Assembly: GCA_965222375.1 (NCBI GenBank)
Contig: CBDCTZ010000005.1
Location: forward strand, 160,001 to 224,000
Source of the DNA: Polyangiaceae bacterium
GTDB taxonomy: Bacteria > Myxococcota_A > Polyangia > Polyangiales > Polyangiaceae
Length of the DNA stretch: 64,000 nt
Direction: 5' to 3'
Below are positions 59,684 through 64,000 of this stretch, one piece after another. The notes beneath the pieces were generated by a model, which did not search any database, was not told the DNA's origin, and was given only the letters and a program-made list of their open reading frames with translations. The number at the start of each line of letters is the position of its first letter. The stretch's first letter is position 1. The position numbers were made by a program, and so were the translations under genes.

Positions 59684-60507
59684 TCCAGGCTGGGCCCGCG
59701 CCGCTTCCGGCGCCACTCGCTGGGCGTCGTGCCCGTGCGCTTCTTGAAAAGGGCGCTCAGGTGCTGGGGTGACGCGAAGCCAATCTCGAAAGCGATGGCG
59801 GTGACCGGGGTGTCGCTCTCCGCGAGCATCCGCTGCGCCGCCCGCACCCTCACCTCGGCGAGTTCGTCCTGGAAAGTCGTGCCGGCGTCGCTTAGGCGTC
59901 GTTGCAGAGTTCTGGGAGAAAGGGCCATCGCGCCCGCCGCGTCTTCGATCGAGGTTCTGCGCAGCGTTGCTGTGAGTATGTCGCGCAGCTGATGGATGAT
60001 GGGCGGCGAGTCCGCAGCGGCGAACATCGCGTCTATCGCCGCGTGGGCCTGACACGGACCGGGCTCGAAGGCTAGCTCACCGTGCAACCACTCGAGCGCC
60101 GCCAAGCGCTCGTCGAAGAGGCGCACCGGGAACGGTCGCGGCGCCACCTCGAAGGCGCCCGACACGATGGCGCCGGAGAGCCCTCTCGGGCGCACCAATG
60201 CGACCCGCTGCACCCAGCGCGAGAGTTGGTCGCTGTAGTGGGTCAAATACGCCTCGAGCAGTTCGAACGTGCCGCGCTCACCGCCTTCGAGACGGCTGGT
60301 ATCGATGAGCGAGCCATGGGTCTCTGCGGGGGGCGCAAGCTCGACCACCAGCGAACGGCCCAGAGTTCGCGCAATGCCCTCATCCGGGCGGCCCCAGAGC
60401 AAGAGTGCCCACAGCGCAGGGTGCAGGCAGCCATGCGCAAAGCACTTCCCGCTCACGTAGGCGCCCACGGGGTCTTGGCTGAGTTCATCCAGGACCACAG
60501 CCCGCAT
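59680..60507 (-). CDS. AraC-family transcriptional regulator
   Basis: LSPRTLQRRL...IAFEIGFAS..HLS..FKKRTG.TPSEWR. Confidence 0.92.
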   Translation of the reverse strand: MRAVVLDELSQDPVGAYVSGKCFAHGCLHPALWALLLWGRPDEGIARTLGRSLVVELAPPAETHGSLIDTSRLEGGERGTFELLEAYLTHYSDQLSRWVQRVALVRPRGLSGAIVSGAFEVAPRPFPVRLFDERLAALEWLHGELAFEPGPCQAHAAIDAMFAAADSPPIIHQLRDILTATLRRTSIEDAAGAMALSPRTLQRRLSDAGTTFQDELAEVRVRAAQRMLAESDTPVTAIAFEIGFASPQHLSALFKKRTGTTPSEWRRKRRGPSLD

Positions 60508-60612
60508 GGCTGCAGCTTAGCGCCGTTTTCCGGCACGCGTGGCGGTTTCAGACAATCGATTGTCGCGATCCCTACCGCGCATGGGACGCGCTCTAGACAG
60601 ACTGAGGCCGCC

Positions 60613-61875
60613 ATGCTCACGACGCGTACCCGTCCACTTGGACTGTTGACCCTAGCGCTCGCTCTAGGCAGCGGCGCCTGCGGCGGCGAAAGCGACCCAG
60701 CTAGTGCGGACCCGGGGACCGGTGGCAGCACGGGGACTGCTGGAGGCGCGGGCGCCGGCGGCGGTGCGGGCGCGAGCGGTTCGGCGACGGGCGGCGCATC
60801 TTCCGCAGGTGGGAGTGCCGGGGCTGCGGGCACAGAGCCGGTACCGACGCCCTACCCTGCTCCGAACTGGCCCGCCGGCTCGCCCGCAGATCAGGGCCTG
60901 GATGCTGCAGCGTTGGTTACGGCCGGCGGCGTCGCCGAAAAGCTCGATTCCTACTGCCTGCTCGTTATTCGGAACGGGATCTTGGTCAGCGAGCAGTATT
61001 TCAACGATGCGAACCTCGCATCCATGCACCCTTCTTGGTCCATCGCCAAGAGCTACTCGAGCGCGCTGGTGGGTATTGCCATCCAGCGCGGCGACATCCA
61101 GAGCTTGAAGCAGAGTGTGGCGGATTTCATCCCGACCTGGAAGAGTGACGAGCGCGCAAAGATCACAATTGGGCACCTGGTGAGCATGACCAGCGGACTG
61201 AAATGGAGCGCGTTCTCCGATTACGTCTCGATGGCCACCTTTGCGCAGGACCACTCCAAGTTTGCAACCGCGCTCAGCGCGGACACGACACCCGGCAACG
61301 CCTGGGTCTATCACAACGGCGGGGTACAGCTGCTCGAGCCGGTGTTCCAGGCGGCGACGGGCATGAGCATCGAGCAGTACGCCGATCTGCACCTGTGGAA
61401 GAAGCTCGGCATGACGGCGAGCTGGGGCAAGGATCCCTCAGGCAACGCCACACCCTATGCCAACGTCCTCGCTACTTGCCGCGACCACGCCCGCCTCGGA
61501 TATCTCTACCTGCACGGCGGCAAGTGGAAGCAGGAGCAAGTCGTGCCTATCGCGTGGGTCAAGGCGACGACTTCCCCGTCCCAGCCGCACAACCGCGCGT
61601 ACGGCTACCTGTGGTGGCTCAACGAACAGCAGCCGGCCTTGGATGCAATGATGACGCCTTTTTCGGGGCGCATGTCACCGGTAGCGCCACCGGACATGTT
61701 CGCCGCGCGCGGTTTTGGTAATCAGTTCATCGACGTGATCCCGAGCCTGGACATGGTCGTCGTGCGCTTTGGCAAAGATCCCGTCGGCAAGATCGACTTG
61801 GGGGCCATTGCCAACGACCAGCGCTTCGCGAAGCACGATCAAATCATGGACGCGGTACTCGCTGCTGTGAAGTGA
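60613..61875 (+). CDS. Serine hydrolase (beta-lactamase class C-like) lipoprotein
   Basis: SIAKS (SxxK), YHN, YGYLWW, ARGFGNQ. Confidence 0.88.
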   Translation: MLTTRTRPLGLLTLALALGSGACGGESDPASADPGTGGSTGTAGGAGAGGGAGASGSATGGASSAGGSAGAAGTEPVPTPYPAPNWPAGSPADQGLDAAALVTAGGVAEKLDSYCLLVIRNGILVSEQYFNDANLASMHPSWSIAKSYSSALVGIAIQRGDIQSLKQSVADFIPTWKSDERAKITIGHLVSMTSGLKWSAFSDYVSMATFAQDHSKFATALSADTTPGNAWVYHNGGVQLLEPVFQAATGMSIEQYADLHLWKKLGMTASWGKDPSGNATPYANVLATCRDHARLGYLYLHGGKWKQEQVVPIAWVKATTSPSQPHNRAYGYLWWLNEQQPALDAMMTPFSGRMSPVAPPDMFAARGFGNQFIDVIPSLDMVVVRFGKDPVGKIDLGAIANDQRFAKHDQIMDAVLAAVK

Positions 61876-62111
61876 GGCCGTGGTACGGTCAGTGCCTGAC
61901 CTCGACCCCCAGCACCCCGGCCAAGAACAAGTGCACTGCGAAGTTCATCCAAGCCGTTGGACAAGCGCTCACGCCGTCCAACAAGCTAGCGGCGCGCGCG
62001 GCCCGATTCCTTCGGGATGCGAATGCGGATGTCGACGCCGCCTGCCGTGCCGTCACTCGCCACCAATCCAACGTCAGTGCCACCACCGGCGCCTTGGCGG
62101 CCATGCCGGGG

Positions 62112-62549
62112 CTATCGGCGGGTTTCGGCAGCGCCGCGCCCGGGCCCGCTGAGGTTCGACCGCCATGCACCCCGGTGCGTGGCGGCGAATACAGCCACCT
62201 CGGACTTGGAGACGTGGCCTGCAGCAATTCCGACCACCAGCTCCACCACTTCGTCCTCGCTGGCGCTGAACGCTTGGTCGTTCAGTCCCAAAAACGCCAG
62301 AGCACACGCAAGGCCCACGCGTTTGTTGCCGTCTACGAACGGGTGGTTCTTCGTCAGGTGGAACAAGTAGGCCGCTGCCATCTCCGACACCGAGCCATGC
62401 ACGTACTCTCCGTCGTAGGTGGCTTGGGGCATGGCAAGCGCCGATTCGAGCAATCCGCTATCTCGAACGCCGGGATCTCCACCATATAGCCGCACCACAC
62501 GCCCATGAATGGCGAGCACTTCGTCGAGGGTCAGGAATGTGACCGACAC
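62112..62549 (-). CDS. doc: Doc (death-on-curing) Fic-family toxin
   Basis: GVRDSGLLESA and HPFVDGNKRVG motifs. Confidence 0.9.
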   Translation of the reverse strand: MSVTFLTLDEVLAIHGRVVRLYGGDPGVRDSGLLESALAMPQATYDGEYVHGSVSEMAAAYLFHLTKNHPFVDGNKRVGLACALAFLGLNDQAFSASEDEVVELVVGIAAGHVSKSEVAVFAATHRGAWRSNLSGPGRGAAETRR

Positions 62550-62562
62550 AGTGGGCGAACGC

Positions 62563-62655
62563 CTACTCTGCGAGTCTGCGGAAGGCCCCAGCGTATTTTT
62601 CGTCGAGCTCGTCCAAGAGCCTTGCCAACTTCTTGGTGCGCTTCTTGGGGCGTAT
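62563..62655 (-). other. Minimal or truncated Doc antitoxin peptide
   Basis: IRPKKRTKKLARLLDELDEKYAGAFRRLAE* directly upstream of doc; no ATG. Confidence 0.6.
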
Positions 62656-62711
62656 GCCCCTCCCCCAGCTGCACTGTAAGCAGCGCGCCTCCCGGGCGTT
62701 TTCGGACCGTC

Positions 62712-63959
62712 ATGCGAAAACCCCTACTTTCTCTTATCTTGGGTTCGGCCCTGGTCGCTCCTTCCGCCCTGGCTTCAGCCCCCAATAAGCCCGTGGATCC
62801 AGGAGACGACATCGGTACTCGCCCCGCGCGGAGCCCGACGCAGATCGCGGTCTCCGAGGGCGAAGGCGAGCCCTCCGGCAAAACCAGCTACCACTCCGAA
62901 CTCGGTCAGGAGCGCCGACCGGGGTCTCCCCCACCCGCTCAGATCGCCACCGATCCTCCCGGCGACTGGTACCTGCTGCATGCCGGCGTGCGACCTCACC
63001 TCGGTACTTTCGGCGGGATCGCCGCCCTCGCCCTGGCCCATGAGCGCATCGAACGCTTCTACGGCGCGCTCTCGCTCTCTCTGATCCGCAATGATGCCGG
63101 CACTCACTACGGCGGCGTTCAGCTTGCCCTGGGCCGCAACCTGGCCGACGACTTTGGCGGCATCGCCCAGATCGGCATTGGCGAAAATCGCGCTCGCAGT
63201 TTCGTCGGTGTGGGTCAAGTTGCCATCGCCTACAACCGCACTCTGGACAGCATCGGTGCGTTCCAACTCGCCAGCTTCAACCGCTCCAAGGATTTCAAAG
63301 GCCTGCTGCAACTCGGTGGGTACAACCGCACCGACGAGTCCTTCGGTGGCGCTCTGCAGCTCGGCGCCTTCAATCACTCCCGTCAAGATTTTACGGGATT
63401 CGCGCAAATCGGCGTCGTGAACGCCCAAGGTGAAGAGCTTTTCGACGACGACGACAACGAAGACGCGCGCTTCGCCGGCATCGGACAGGTCGGTGTAATC
63501 AACACCACCGGTCGCTTCCGAGGCGTCCTACAAGCCGGCGTCGCCAGCTACTCTCATGACTACGTGGGCGGGCTACAGATCGGCGCCCTGGGTGCCGGCG
63601 CGAAAGAGTTCCGTGGCCTCGCCCAGATTGGCTTCGTCACCATGAGCGAGAAGTCCTACGGCGCGCAAATCGGCGCGGGCGCCCTCGCCCTCGAGTCTCA
63701 TCGAGGACTGCAGCTAGGCGTCGCCGCCAACTACGCCGAATCGGTGCATGGCGCTCAAATCGGCTTGGCGAACATCGCGGACGAAGCCAGAGGCGTGCAG
63801 ATCGGCTTGTTCAACCATGCCAAGAAGCTCCGCGGCGTACAGATCGGTCTGGTCAACCACGCTGAGGATGGCGTCTTGCCCTGGACCGCAATCATCAACA
63901 TGGGCTTCGGCGACGATCCCAACTACGACTCGGACTACGCCTACGTCCCGCAGCGCTGA
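62712..63959 (+). CDS. Secreted GxQxG beta-solenoid repeat protein (LA_2272-like)
   Basis: Signal peptide; many G.QIG..N repeats. Confidence 0.8.
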   Translation: MRKPLLSLILGSALVAPSALASAPNKPVDPGDDIGTRPARSPTQIAVSEGEGEPSGKTSYHSELGQERRPGSPPPAQIATDPPGDWYLLHAGVRPHLGTFGGIAALALAHERIERFYGALSLSLIRNDAGTHYGGVQLALGRNLADDFGGIAQIGIGENRARSFVGVGQVAIAYNRTLDSIGAFQLASFNRSKDFKGLLQLGGYNRTDESFGGALQLGAFNHSRQDFTGFAQIGVVNAQGEELFDDDDNEDARFAGIGQVGVINTTGRFRGVLQAGVASYSHDYVGGLQIGALGAGAKEFRGLAQIGFVTMSEKSYGAQIGAGALALESHRGLQLGVAANYAESVHGAQIGLANIADEARGVQIGLFNHAKKLRGVQIGLVNHAEDGVLPWTAIINMGFGDDPNYDSDYAYVPQR

Positions 63960-64000
63960 CAGCCGGGCGTGGACTGCTAGCGACTACTCCGCGCAGGCCT

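Noticed and set aside
61880..62110. Possible EcsC-like gene fragment
   Set aside because: Only a weak SATTGALAAMPGL resemblance, no start, and it runs antisense into doc; not supportable

Overview
High-GC bacterial DNA, most likely Myxococcota (Polyangia-like). This is inferred from MYXO-CTERM tails, many Gly/Cys-rich lipoproteins, Ser/Thr kinases and a sigma54 activator. The flanks (1-29 kb, 50-64 kb) are mostly envelope, signalling and housekeeping genes. Two accessory zones stand out. (1) At 9.1-12.5 kb, a DUF222-like HNH endonuclease gene sits between two inverted, diverged copies of a long non-coding element whose stems show compensatory changes. The gene also has a 105-bp-period repeat in its 3' end. 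(2) A tRNA-Asp(GTC) integration hotspot holds a 14.6-kb phage-satellite-like element bounded by a perfect 45-bp direct repeat (29339-29383 / 43916-43960). It encodes an integrase, HTH/RHH regulators, an excisionase-like protein, a DnaB-like helicase, a putative origin and a large terminase, but no recognisable capsid, portal or tail. Its cargo includes a tightly coupled three-gene nuclease operon. The att site lies inside the integrase ORF, so excision would swap the integrase C-terminus, as in Myxococcus phage Mx8. Beyond attR lie two further integrase remnants, a RAYT transposase with REP-like repeats, and an IS66-family element splitting a secretin-N-domain gene. Several 1-nt homopolymer frameshifts suggest long-read assembly errors. 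All assignments come from motif recognition by eye; no searches were run.
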